From sequence record SRR22947727_232: a DNA stretch of 64,000 nucleotides. One strand, written 5' to 3'. The position numbers were made by a program, and so were the translations under genes. The notes below the pieces were generated by a model. It made no database searches. It had not been told where the DNA came from and worked only from the letters and a program-made list of their open reading frames with translations. Shown here in pieces: positions 20,133 through 29,914 of this stretch. Numbering within the stretch: position 1 is the stretch's first letter; every line of letters starts with the position of its first letter.

Positions 20133-22715
20133 TTAAGTCTTAGTGAAGGTAAATTTTTGTTTTGAAAATCCAACCTCTACTTTATCTTTGGCGATAAAAT
20201 CCCCTGCAAGAATTTTTTTAGCTAATGGATTTTCTATTTCAGACTGAATTGCTCTTTTCAATGGTCTTGCCCCAAATGCAGGATCAAATCCGGCTTCAGC
20301 AATTTTTTTAATCGCTTCAGAGTTAATCTCAAAATCCATTTCCATCGCAAGTAACCTTTCACGAAGTTTTTCTAATTGAATTTTAGCAATGGACTGAATA
20401 TTTTTAGCTCCAAGTGAATGAAATACTACAATTTCATTTATTCTATTTATAAATTCAGGTTTAAAGTAATTTTTCACCTCACCCATGACAGCAAGTTTTA
20501 AAACTTGATAATCTTCATCTGCTTTTGCTTGAATCATCTGAGAAGCAAGATTGGATGTCATAATAATGACTGTATTCTTAAAGTCGACAGTTCGTCCTTG
20601 ACCATCTGTCAATCGACCATCATCCAATACTTGTAATAGGACGTTAAAGACATCAGGATGTGCCTTTTCAACCTCATCAAGTAAAATTACACTATAAGGT
20701 TTTCTTCTCACTGCTTCAGTTAAATAACCCCCCTCATCATAGCCTACATACCCTGGAGGCGCCCCAATAAGCTTAGCTACAGAATGTTTTTCCATAAATT
20801 CACTCATATCGATTCGAATTAAATGATCTTCTGAATCGAATAAAAACTCAGCCAATGCTTTTGTTAATTCAGTTTTCCCCACACCTGTAGGCCCAAGAAA
20901 TAAAAATGAACCGTAAGGTTGATTTGGGTCACTTAAGCCCGATCTTGATCTGAGGATTGCATCAGAGATTGTCGTCACAGCTTCATCTTGACCTACCACA
21001 CGCTGATGAAGTTTCTCTTCAATATTTAAAAGCCTATCCCTATCTCCTTGTAGCATTTTAGAAACTGGAATACCTGTAGCACGACTGACAACCTCTGCAA
21101 TTTCATCAGCCCCCACCTCAGTAATCAACATCCTTGGTTTTTTACCTTCTTTATTTTCATTCTTTGTTGCCTCTTTCAATTGAGACTCTAATTGCGGCAA
21201 CTCACCGTATTGTATTTCAGATACTGCCTGCCAATCACCAGCACGATTTGCACTGTCCATCCTAAGTTTAGCCTGCTCAATTTTTTCTTTAATGTCATGT
21301 GTGCCACTTAATAAGATTTTTTCAGACTTCCAAACCGCCTCTAAGTCATTAAATTCTCTTTCACTTTCTTTGATATCGTGTTCAATCGATTTCAAACGCT
21401 TTTTTGAAGCTTCATCTTTTTCTTTTCTAACAGCTTCTTTTTCAATTTTTAATTGAATTAATCTTCGCTCAAGTTTATCAAGCACTTCTGGTTTTGAATC
21501 AATTTCAATTTTCACTCGAGATGCGGCTTCATCAATTAAATCAATTGCTTTATCAGGGAGAAACCTATCGGTGATATATCTTTGAGATAACTCAGCCGCT
21601 GCAACTATAGCTGGGTCTGTAATTTCCACATTATGATGAATTTCATATTTTTCCTGAAGTCCTCTTAAAATTGCAATCGTAGCTTCAACTGAAGGCTCTT
21701 GAACAATTACCTTTTGGAATCTTCTTTCAAGTGCTGCATCTTTTTCTAAATACTGACGGTATTCATTTAAGGTTGTAGCTCCCATACAATGCAACTCTCC
21801 TCTTGCTAATGCAGGCTTGAGCATATTTCCGGCATCCATTGCCCCTTCTGCCTTTCCTGCACCGACCATAGTATGGATTTCATCGATAAATAAAATAATT
21901 CTTCCATCCTCTAATGAGATTTCTTTTAAAACAGCCTTGAGTCTCTCCTCAAATTCACCCCTATATTTAGCCCCCGCAAGTAATGAAGCCATATCAAGTG
22001 ATAATATTTTTTTGTTCTTCAAGGACTCGGGCACTTCCTCATTGATAATGCGTTGAGCTAACCCTTCAACAATAGCTGTTTTTCCGACACCCGGCTCACC
22101 AATAAGTACTGGGTTATTTTTAGTTCTCCTCTGAAGAACTTGCATTGCCCTTCTAATTTCATCGTCCCTTCCAATAACAGGGTCAAGTTTTCCTTGTCTT
22201 GCTCGTTCAGTTAAATCAAGCGTATATTTTTTTAAGGCTTCTCTTTGACCATCTGCACTTTGTGAATTTACCTTCTCATTTCCTCTAACTGACATAATTG
22301 ATTTTTTTAGTGTTTCCTTATCACAGCCTGCCTCTCTTAATAGTTTACCTGCTAAATTTTTATCCTCGATCAAAATTAATAAAAACATTTCTGTTGAAAT
22401 GTAGTCATCTCCTTGCTTCAAAGCTAATTTTTCAGTTAAATTTAAAACACCGTTCAATTCTCGTGAGATACCTATCTCACCATCTTTAGATTCAATTTTT
22501 GGTAGATTTTGTATTGCTGCATTGAGAGCATTTTTTAAATTTTGAGTTTTACAACCAGCCGAAGATAACAATGATATTTCATCTCCTTCTGTTTTTTCTA
22601 ACAATGCATAGAGTAGATGAATGGATTCAATTGATCCATTATCATTTACATTTGCTAAGGTTTGCGCATCAGCAATTGCTTGTTGAAATTTTGTTGTCAA
22701 TTTATCAAAACGCAT
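20133..22715 (-). CDS. clpB: ATP-dependent disaggregase ClpB
   Basis: Two AAA+ modules ([16 protein letters not shown]), coiled-coil middle domain, GARPLKR. Confidence 0.97.
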   Translation of the reverse strand: MRFDKLTTKFQQAIADAQTLANVNDNGSIESIHLLYALLEKTEGDEISLLSSAGCKTQNLKNALNAAIQNLPKIESKDGEIGISRELNGVLNLTEKLALKQGDDYISTEMFLLILIEDKNLAGKLLREAGCDKETLKKSIMSVRGNEKVNSQSADGQREALKKYTLDLTERARQGKLDPVIGRDDEIRRAMQVLQRRTKNNPVLIGEPGVGKTAIVEGLAQRIINEEVPESLKNKKILSLDMASLLAGAKYRGEFEERLKAVLKEISLEDGRIILFIDEIHTMVGAGKAEGAMDAGNMLKPALARGELHCMGATTLNEYRQYLEKDAALERRFQKVIVQEPSVEATIAILRGLQEKYEIHHNVEITDPAIVAAAELSQRYITDRFLPDKAIDLIDEAASRVKIEIDSKPEVLDKLERRLIQLKIEKEAVRKEKDEASKKRLKSIEHDIKESEREFNDLEAVWKSEKILLSGTHDIKEKIEQAKLRMDSANRAGDWQAVSEIQYGELPQLESQLKEATKNENKEGKKPRMLITEVGADEIAEVVSRATGIPVSKMLQGDRDRLLNIEEKLHQRVVGQDEAVTTISDAILRSRSGLSDPNQPYGSFLFLGPTGVGKTELTKALAEFLFDSEDHLIRIDMSEFMEKHSVAKLIGAPPGYVGYDEGGYLTEAVRRKPYSVILLDEVEKAHPDVFNVLLQVLDDGRLTDGQGRTVDFKNTVIIMTSNLASQMIQAKADEDYQVLKLAVMGEVKNYFKPEFINRINEIVVFHSLGAKNIQSIAKIQLEKLRERLLAMEMDFEINSEAIKKIAEAGFDPAFGARPLKRAIQSEIENPLAKKILAGDFIAKDKVEVGFSKQKFTFTKT

Positions 22716-23034
22716 ATATTTAATATTCTCCAGTTTTTTTTATTTGGTTAATATAAATATTGTGATAAAAATAAAAAATACAAGTATTGAAATTATTCGA
22801 AGATTTCAGGTCATTTATTCGAACAAAAATTGGCAGATTTAAGCAGTAGAGAAATAGTTTTAGGATTCTTACTTATGTGCCATAGGTTAAATCACTTTTG
22901 ATGATTTATTTATTCTTAGAGCCAGCACATAAGCAAGATATGGTGAATTGACTGATATCCGGCAACTGAGTTCACTTTGATTAATATCATTTCAGGTATA
23001 ATCGCTATAAAATTAATTAACTTAAGGAAAAATT

Positions 23035-23337
23035 ATGAGAAAGATTTTAATCACATTTTTTATGTTGGGCTTTATGAATACTGCGTTGGCTGATGAAGAA
23101 TTCTACGGGAAAATTGAAAGCATGCCTGAAAATTCATTTGAGGGAGAGTGGGTTATTGACGGGAAGACCTACCAGGTAACCAGTGAAACAGAAATTGATG
23201 AAGAGGATGGTATCGCAAAAGTAGGTGCTTGTGTCGAGGTTGAAATCGACGGTGGTGAGAAAGATTCTGGGGCGGTTGAAGAGATCGATGTTAAAAAATA
23301 TAGTTTCTTATGTAGTTTCTATAAATTTATTGACTAA
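23035..23337 (+). CDS. Small secreted acidic beta-barrel protein (DUF5666-like)
   Basis: Signal peptide; FYGKIE..., W.IDG....V...TEI, VGACVEVE pattern. Confidence 0.6.
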   Translation: MRKILITFFMLGFMNTALADEEFYGKIESMPENSFEGEWVIDGKTYQVTSETEIDEEDGIAKVGACVEVEIDGGEKDSGAVEEIDVKKYSFLCSFYKFID

Positions 23338-23366
23338 AAACTTAATTATTTAAAATAAGGAAAAAA

Positions 23367-23681
23367 ATGTTATTTCATTTAGATTTTCGTGTTGAATACT
23401 CAGCTGAGATGTCACAAAACGACTTATTTGATATTTGGTCAGAAGAGGCAGCTGCAGCTGTTGGCGCAAAAAAAGCTGGAGTGGTTGTAGACCTATGGAA
23501 AGCCGTCGGAGATAGACGTGTTATTGCAATTGTAAAAGTTGAGAGCATGGAAATGCTAGATCAAATTTTATTAGATTTACCTATCATGAAACGAATGGGT
23601 CAACATGTAAAAGTTAATGTTACTGCATTAAGAACATATGAAGGTTTTGCTCAAGATGTTAACGAGCGCCTAGCAAAATAA
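23367..23681 (+). CDS. Muconolactone delta-isomerase family protein (CatC-like)
   Basis: MLFH..., EA.A, LWK.VG, V.S...LD.IL.LP, V.VTAL pattern; about 100 aa. Confidence 0.7.
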   Translation: MLFHLDFRVEYSAEMSQNDLFDIWSEEAAAAVGAKKAGVVVDLWKAVGDRRVIAIVKVESMEMLDQILLDLPIMKRMGQHVKVNVTALRTYEGFAQDVNERLAK

Positions 23682-23687
23682 TTAAAT

Positions 23688-23903
23688 TTATCTGAATTTA
23701 TTCCAGAAATGTAGTGAAAATTTTTTAAAAAAAAGTACATTTAAAATCAAAGGGAAAATAATACCCAAAACAATAGAAAGAATGATCCACTGAGTATCAT
23801 CTACGTTCATTAATCGCATTTTATTGTCATATAAACCAACAATTAGAATAACTATGCCAGAACAGTATGTGACATTTACAAGGGTATTCGTAAATCTATT
23901 CAT
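23688..23903 (-). CDS. Hypothetical small two-TM membrane protein
   Basis: 71-aa ORF with two hydrophobic segments filling the gap. Confidence 0.5.
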   Translation of the reverse strand: MNRFTNTLVNVTYCSGIVILIVGLYDNKMRLMNVDDTQWIILSIVLGIIFPLILNVLFFKKFSLHFWNKFR

Positions 23904-23928
23904 TCTAGTATTTCCAAGAATATTTATT

Positions 23929-23959
23929 AAAAAAACTCCCCTTTAAAAAAAGGGGAGTT
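23929..23959 (-). terminator. Intrinsic terminator of the TonB receptor gene
   Basis: AACTCCCCTTT/AAAGGGGAGTT stem followed by a U-tract on the minus strand. Confidence 0.85.
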
Positions 23960-23976
23960 CTAAAACTTACTTTTTA

Positions 23977-26028
23977 CTAAAAGGTACCAGTCACACCAAA
24001 TATCACAGCACGAGCTCCTAATGGAGTTTTATCTTTAATAATCGATGTACTCTCTCTTTGTGTTGTATCAAGTAAATTAGTCCCCTTTACAGAGAGAATA
24101 ATATTAGCTTCTAGGGGAAGCGCATAACTTACATAAGCAGATATATCAGTGAAATCATCAGTCTTATATTCATTTTCAGCAAGCTTATCTTGCTCAAAAA
24201 CGTGCATGACTTCTACTCCTGCATTTAATCTGTTCCATTGATAGTTATGGCCCGTTCCAATTCTCATCGCTGGCATCAATGGTAAATCTCCACCATCTCT
24301 ATTTTTGCCACGAACGTAGTCACCCCAAACATCTGCAGTGTAATTTGTGGTAATTTTTCTGCTTCCCTCAAATTCATACCCATAAAAGTCTGCTGGGACA
24401 CTTTGATATTGATAGACGGGTAATGCTTCTTCTTCACCTTCATGCTCATGATACTGAACTGTACCTGTATTGATTTCAGCAATATAGTCGTCAAATCGTG
24501 TGAAAAATGGACTAAAGGACAACTTAGTTTTTCCATCCTGCCACGTAACCGTTGTATCAATTCCATTAGATTTCTCTTTCTTTAAATTCCTATCACCTTG
24601 CTCGATAGTCTCAGTTGCATGATGTTCACCATAAATATAGAGCTCATTCATCGCAGGCGCTCTCTCTGTGTGGTTCAAATTAACTGCTATCGACCAATTT
24701 GGATTTAAATTAAAAATAGACCCAATAGATGCATTGGTAATATTAAAGTCCTCTTCTGATGCATCAAAGGTGGTTTCACTCTCTTCTCCGCCTGGTTCAG
24801 ATGCACCATTATCACTGGTGAAGCTATTAGCATCATATTTCGTATAGCCTTGCCTAAATCCAAAACTAAAGGTGTGATCATTGAATTTAAAATCTTCCAA
24901 GAAATAGATAGCAATATCTTTATTCTGGTTATTTGCAATCAATGGTTTACCTGCATCCTTAGAAAACCTTCCCTGCCCTGCATCGATTCCAACTACACCG
25001 GGAGTATTAAAAAATGAGTGGGCAAATTCTACTTTTCCATCAAATTGTTTATCAATAAAATCTGTGCCGATTTCTCCTTCCGGCTCTACTTCTTTGTGGT
25101 AGTAATCAGCATAGCTAAAGGCAAACTTAAAATTATCGATATTATTTGCAATATCTTTTCTTTCCATTTTAAAGTCATATTTATCTACATCCATATCGAT
25201 ATAAGCGCCATCTTCGAGTGGAATTCCATATTCCATTTGGTGGTTTGAATAAGAAAACCCTGTATAACCTTGGTCGGTAATCTTAGAGATTCCAACTGAC
25301 CCACCTTGGCTTTCAACATAAGAATTAACTAATGTGTCATCACCATATTTATCTCTTGGGTACTCCTCTGGCTCGGCCTCATTTAAATATTTGGACACTG
25401 ACAGACCTGGAATATTCAAGTTTTTACTAGAACGATCGTAACCATCCACATGAATCATTATGTCATTGATACCATAGTCAATTAAAAACGAACCCGCCTG
25501 CTCATTATTAGCCCCACCAGTCCCTAAGTCATAGGCACCCATTAAGCCTTCATAGTAATCACTATGAATTCTGTTATCTATGATATTAATAACGCCACCA
25601 GTCGCGCCACCTCCATAAATTACTGCGGCTGGGCCTCTTACGATTTCTATCTGCTCGGCTGCTAATGTATCAATGGCCACACTGTGATCTCCAGACATAG
25701 CTGAGACATCATTGAATTGAATGCCATTATTTAAGATTTGAATACGGTTATTACTCATACCTCTTATGACTGGTCTTCCGATAGCATCACCAAAGGCTGA
25801 ATTAGATACACCTGGGGTACCCTTTAATGTAGCACCAAGAGACGAGTCTCGTATTCTGCTTAATCCTTCTCCATTATAAATTTGAATGGGTTTTACCATT
25901 TCATCATTTGATAACTTCAATGGATTTGCAGTGACCGGGATCTCTCTTAGCTGAACATGCCCCACACCATCTGCATAAACGCTCATACTCATAAATGGTA
26001 GAGCGCATAAAATATATTTTAAACGCAT
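23977..26028 (-). CDS. TonB-dependent receptor, ZnuD-like (probable zinc uptake)
   Basis: Plug RPVIRG, DVSAMSGDH, IEIVRGP; DYYHKE, ELYIYGEHHAT, His/Glu loop HEHEGEEE; C-terminal Phe. Confidence 0.8.
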   Translation of the reverse strand: MRLKYILCALPFMSMSVYADGVGHVQLREIPVTANPLKLSNDEMVKPIQIYNGEGLSRIRDSSLGATLKGTPGVSNSAFGDAIGRPVIRGMSNNRIQILNNGIQFNDVSAMSGDHSVAIDTLAAEQIEIVRGPAAVIYGGGATGGVINIIDNRIHSDYYEGLMGAYDLGTGGANNEQAGSFLIDYGINDIMIHVDGYDRSSKNLNIPGLSVSKYLNEAEPEEYPRDKYGDDTLVNSYVESQGGSVGISKITDQGYTGFSYSNHQMEYGIPLEDGAYIDMDVDKYDFKMERKDIANNIDNFKFAFSYADYYHKEVEPEGEIGTDFIDKQFDGKVEFAHSFFNTPGVVGIDAGQGRFSKDAGKPLIANNQNKDIAIYFLEDFKFNDHTFSFGFRQGYTKYDANSFTSDNGASEPGGEESETTFDASEEDFNITNASIGSIFNLNPNWSIAVNLNHTERAPAMNELYIYGEHHATETIEQGDRNLKKEKSNGIDTTVTWQDGKTKLSFSPFFTRFDDYIAEINTGTVQYHEHEGEEEALPVYQYQSVPADFYGYEFEGSRKITTNYTADVWGDYVRGKNRDGGDLPLMPAMRIGTGHNYQWNRLNAGVEVMHVFEQDKLAENEYKTDDFTDISAYVSYALPLEANIILSVKGTNLLDTTQRESTSIIKDKTPLGARAVIFGVTGTF

Positions 26029-26085
26029 AACACTAATCCTAAAAATTAATTTATTTAAACTTCTTCGAATGAATTTTTAGGTTTT

Positions 26086-26367
26086 TTAAGGTGCTCGGGA
26101 TTGATAAGCGACAAGTCCAAGAGAAAAAATATCTCTAAGCAGGTAATTGTCGTTAATATGATTGGTTTGAGTAAACGAAAAATCAATATCGTATGAAAAA
26201 TTGGTCGTTTTAGTTGAATGATCTTGAAGTACACAGTCTTCACAATCGAAGGCACTTTCATGATGTTCATCACCATGATATTGATGCTCAATATCATGAG
26301 TGAAGCCTGTTTGTATGTTAAATAAAAGGCTAAATAGTATTAATAGATATGAAAGATTTTTTTTCAT
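26086..26367 (-). CDS. DUF2946/CruR-like leader protein: signal/TM, His-rich, CxxC, ends SRAP-stop
   Basis: THDIEHQYHGDEHHES, CEDC, terminal codons TCC CGA GCA CCT TAA; 57 nt upstream of the receptor. Confidence 0.7.
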   Translation of the reverse strand: MKKNLSYLLILFSLLFNIQTGFTHDIEHQYHGDEHHESAFDCEDCVLQDHSTKTTNFSYDIDFSFTQTNHINDNYLLRDIFSLGLVAYQSRAP

Positions 26368-26420
26368 TGAGCTTATTTTAACTTAAAATTGGTACTTTTC
26401 AAGATTGATGAACCAAATAA

Positions 26421-27827
26421 ATGTCACAATTTATAAATAAAAATAATCCACACAGCTTAAGCACCTTATTTTTTACTGAGATGTGGGAACGTTTTAGTTA
26501 CTATGGTATGCGCGCTTTATTAGTTTTGTATTTGGTTAACTCACAAAATTATAGTGAATCAGATGCGCTGCATATTTATGCAGTCTATACTGGCTTAGTT
26601 TATCTAACACCCCTTATTGGAGGCTACCTAGCCGATAGGTTTTTGGGCTCTCAAAAGGCAATTTTCATTGGGGGTTTAACCATGATGATTGGGCACTTCT
26701 TGATGGCGTTTCCCAATTTTCTTTATCTTGCAATCGGCATGTTAATTATTGGTAATGGTTATTTCAAACCCAATATAAGCTCCCTTTTAGGTCGTTTATA
26801 CAAACCAGACGATGTAAGGCGTGATAGCGGATTTAGTATATTTTATGTGGGTATAAACTTGGGTGCATTTTTAGCGCCCTTAATTGTTGGTTATGTTGGG
26901 GAAACAATCAACTGGCACTATGGTTTTGCAATTGCAGGCTTCGGTATGCTGGCAGGCCTCATTCAATTTTATATTGGCCAAAACAAAATAATAAAAGAGG
27001 ATATTTCATCACAATCAAAAAAATTAAATCCAGCAGACTGGGGAATAATTACATTGGTATCACTAATCAATCTGCCCCTGATCTTAGTAATTCTCGAATT
27101 AAATCAAATCATCAATGATTTCTTTTTTGAAATATTAGCAATCTTAATTATTTTGATTTTTTTCTACTTCATAGCCAAAAAAAAACAACTTTTAACAGTA
27201 AAAAAAGATATTAAGAGAATTGCCTACATCGGTATCCTATCAATTTTTGTCATATTTTTTTGGGTCGGTTTTGAGCAAGCAGGTGGGTCTTTAACTTTGT
27301 TTGCTAATAATTCAGTTGATAGAAATTTCCTAGGATTTGTCATTCCTGCCTCATTTTTTCAATCCATTAATCCTTTAATTATTATTCTAATTGGACCTAT
27401 GATTGCAAATTTTTGGTTAAGTGTTGATCGAAGTAAAAATAAGATTTACACCTCGCAAAAAATGGGATTAGGTTTACTTCTTCTAGCAAGTGGTTTTTTC
27501 CTTATAATGCTTGTCAATAACTCTAGCGAAACATCGATTAGTCTTTGGTGGCTAGTGGGCGTTTACTTTTTGCATACTATGGGTGAGCTATGTCTCTCCC
27601 CTATTGGGCTTTCAATGGTTTCTAAAGTATCGCCTAAAAAAATTGCCTCTCTTATGATGGGCTTTTGGTTCCTTTCGTCTGCGGTAGCTAACTTTACGGC
27701 TGGAAAATTGCCAGCAATATTAGAATCAAATAATTTGGATTTATTTACATTCCTTTCGGTCTCATCCTTATTAGCAGGTTTAGTGCTTATCTTCATATCA
27801 TCATTTATGGAAAAATTAATTAAATGA
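26421..27827 (+). CDS. POT/PTR family proton-dependent oligopeptide transporter
   Basis: EMWERFSYYGMR, GNGYFKPN, FEQAG, GELCLSPIGLS. Confidence 0.93.
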   Translation: MSQFINKNNPHSLSTLFFTEMWERFSYYGMRALLVLYLVNSQNYSESDALHIYAVYTGLVYLTPLIGGYLADRFLGSQKAIFIGGLTMMIGHFLMAFPNFLYLAIGMLIIGNGYFKPNISSLLGRLYKPDDVRRDSGFSIFYVGINLGAFLAPLIVGYVGETINWHYGFAIAGFGMLAGLIQFYIGQNKIIKEDISSQSKKLNPADWGIITLVSLINLPLILVILELNQIINDFFFEILAILIILIFFYFIAKKKQLLTVKKDIKRIAYIGILSIFVIFFWVGFEQAGGSLTLFANNSVDRNFLGFVIPASFFQSINPLIIILIGPMIANFWLSVDRSKNKIYTSQKMGLGLLLLASGFFLIMLVNNSSETSISLWWLVGVYFLHTMGELCLSPIGLSMVSKVSPKKIASLMMGFWFLSSAVANFTAGKLPAILESNNLDLFTFLSVSSLLAGLVLIFISSFMEKLIK

Positions 27828-28435
27828 AACTGATTTTATTTATCTTTACTTTACTGTATTCAAATTTATCCCTTGCAAAAGAATGGACTTTTGATGCCAT
27901 ACTTAACGATAAGTTAATTGGGCAACACACCTTTATATACAAAGATGATAAAACTTTAAGTCAAGCTAATTTTGAGTTCGAATACTTCTTCATGGACTTT
28001 ATCTATCAACATAAATCAACTGAAACCTGGGATGGTAATTGCTTAAAATCAATCACTAGTAATACTGATGATGATGGAGAAATATATGATGTTGATGGCC
28101 GCTTAGGTTTAGATGGATTTGTAGTTTCATCGAATAACAAAACAACAAAACTTCCGTTATGTATTATGACCTTTTCCTATGGAAACCCTAAAATTTTAGA
28201 ACAAAAAAAACTAATGAATGCACAAAGTGGTGAGTATTTAGGTGTTGATATTCAATTTCTCTCGCAAGAAGACTATATTCTAAAAGGTAAAAATATAAAG
28301 GCTAATTTATGGCAAATTAAAGCCGAGGGTGAAAACGGTGATTTATTAATTCATCTTTGGTACGATAAGAATATGCAGTGGGTTGGACTGAAATCTTCCA
28401 CACCCATAGGTGATATGCACTACAAATTGAGATAA
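27824..28435 (+). CDS. Hypothetical secreted protein (DUF6134-like)
   Basis: Signal peptide; IGQHTF, Y.H.S.E.W...CL, LWYD pattern. Confidence 0.6.
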   Translation: MKLILFIFTLLYSNLSLAKEWTFDAILNDKLIGQHTFIYKDDKTLSQANFEFEYFFMDFIYQHKSTETWDGNCLKSITSNTDDDGEIYDVDGRLGLDGFVVSSNNKTTKLPLCIMTFSYGNPKILEQKKLMNAQSGEYLGVDIQFLSQEDYILKGKNIKANLWQIKAEGENGDLLIHLWYDKNMQWVGLKSSTPIGDMHYKLR

Positions 28436-28471
28436 TTTCATTTTATAAATTTTTGCAATATTAAGAATGAC

Positions 28472-28834
28472 ATGAACACACTCTTGGCCTACATTCAATT
28501 CATCTTTATGGGTTTTATCATTTATGGCTCAGTTATTACTTTTGGTGATACTTCAACCAACACAAGCTTATCAGGAATTTTTGCTCCATTATTAGCTTGG
28601 TTTTCTGGCACAGGTCTTCGAGCATCCTTTAATAGTGATAATAAAAGCCAAAAGCAGGGCAGCATTTTTATGACAATCATCCTTCTGGCTTTAAGTTACT
28701 TATGGATCAATGCAAGTGGTTACTGGTATATTGCAAATGAAATTGAAATTTCAGGTAAAAACTTATTAGTTATTAGTTTTTTTATCGGATTTTTAAGCAC
28801 TACAAAAACAATATCGCAGATAAAGAAATATTAG
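28472..28834 (+). CDS. Hypothetical membrane protein
   Basis: 120-aa ORF with about four hydrophobic segments. Confidence 0.6.
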   Translation: MNTLLAYIQFIFMGFIIYGSVITFGDTSTNTSLSGIFAPLLAWFSGTGLRASFNSDNKSQKQGSIFMTIILLALSYLWINASGYWYIANEIEISGKNLLVISFFIGFLSTTKTISQIKKY

Positions 28835-29298
28835 GATCCCCCTTCTTTTTTGCAACTACCTGTAAAATTTTTCCTAAAGGCATAAATCAATTCTGCCTTG
28901 TCATTAGTAATATCCACTCTATTAAATTCGTGTCTCCATAAAATTTTATCAGTAAGCACATCAATCTCTACTTTATCAACTTTAATTGTTTGAATGTCCT
29001 TGTTTTCTATTAATGCACTTGTAGTAAAGCTTCTAGTGCCATTTATATTATCTTTTGTTTTAATGTAACTTCTTTCAAGGGAATAATCTTCCGTTAGATC
29101 AGTTTTATTATCAAACCATTCTCCATCAACTCTCATGCCTTTTTGATACACCTGAATACCAATAATTTTTTTAGCACCTCTTTCGGTACTTGAATCTCCT
29201 TCAATATACTTAATCTCCTCACCATGACAAATGATCCTGAAGTCTTCTGCGAAAATAATTGAGGGTATAAATGATATTAATAAAAATAAAGTTCTCAT
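28831..29298 (-). CDS. Hypothetical secreted protein, paralog of 29315-29794
   Basis: Signal peptide, EDF..IC.G, ID.LT.K, NF...CKKE. Confidence 0.7.
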   Translation of the reverse strand: MRTLFLLISFIPSIIFAEDFRIICHGEEIKYIEGDSSTERGAKKIIGIQVYQKGMRVDGEWFDNKTDLTEDYSLERSYIKTKDNINGTRSFTTSALIENKDIQTIKVDKVEIDVLTDKILWRHEFNRVDITNDKAELIYAFRKNFTGSCKKEGGS

Positions 29299-29314
29299 AA
29301 ATTATGTTGTTAGC

Positions 29315-29794
29315 TTAGAAAGATCGGTCCTCTTTTTTACACATCGCTTGAAAATTATTCATTGTTTCTTTTTTTAGCGTTTTCTTATTACTGACACTTT
29401 CCATTTCAGACAATTTTCCTGTCAAACGATCAATATGGACATTCATAAGACTAATACGAGAATCCTTAGTGTTTCCAATATCAGTAATTGTTTGTGAGGC
29501 TTTTATATCTTGTAATGTTAATTCATAATTTTCTTTAATTTCTATATCCTCATGTGGTGGTCTTTTTGGGGCAGTATATTCAGTATTTCTGAATATATAT
29601 TTTCTACCAGAGTTTATGCCAATGTATTCCATTGTGTCCCTTTTAATTTTAATGAGCACTGATTCAAAATCTTCGATATTCAATTCATTACCTATAAAAC
29701 TTCTAAACTCTCTTTTACCCTCACAAAATAAAGAAAATTCTTCAGTGTAAGCCAGCGGAGAAAAAAAGATGAAAATTGTAAATAAAAATTTCAT
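29315..29794 (-). CDS. Hypothetical secreted protein, paralog of 28831-29298
   Basis: Signal peptide, EEF..FC.G, IDRLTGK, NF...CKKE. Confidence 0.7.
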   Translation of the reverse strand: MKFLFTIFIFFSPLAYTEEFSLFCEGKREFRSFIGNELNIEDFESVLIKIKRDTMEYIGINSGRKYIFRNTEYTAPKRPPHEDIEIKENYELTLQDIKASQTITDIGNTKDSRISLMNVHIDRLTGKLSEMESVSNKKTLKKETMNNFQAMCKKEDRSF

Positions 29795-29914
29795 TAATAA
29801 ACCTAAATTAATAATCTTTAAGACATTTAAAGATTTTTTTAATTCCTAGTAATTAGCTTAAAACGTTTGTTTTTAAAGTCTAGCTCTAATCCCTCCAAGC
29901 CAGTGTATAAATTT

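Noticed and set aside
22750-22790. Sigma-32-like promoter upstream of clpB (CTTGTA-N13-CACAATAT on the minus strand)
   Set aside because: Biologically plausible, but the -10 match is too weak to call from sequence alone; no CIRCE seen.
26055-26297. 80-aa alternative-frame ORF overlapping the RAP leader
   Set aside because: No recognisable features; the overlapping frame carries the signal, His, CxxC and RAP motifs.
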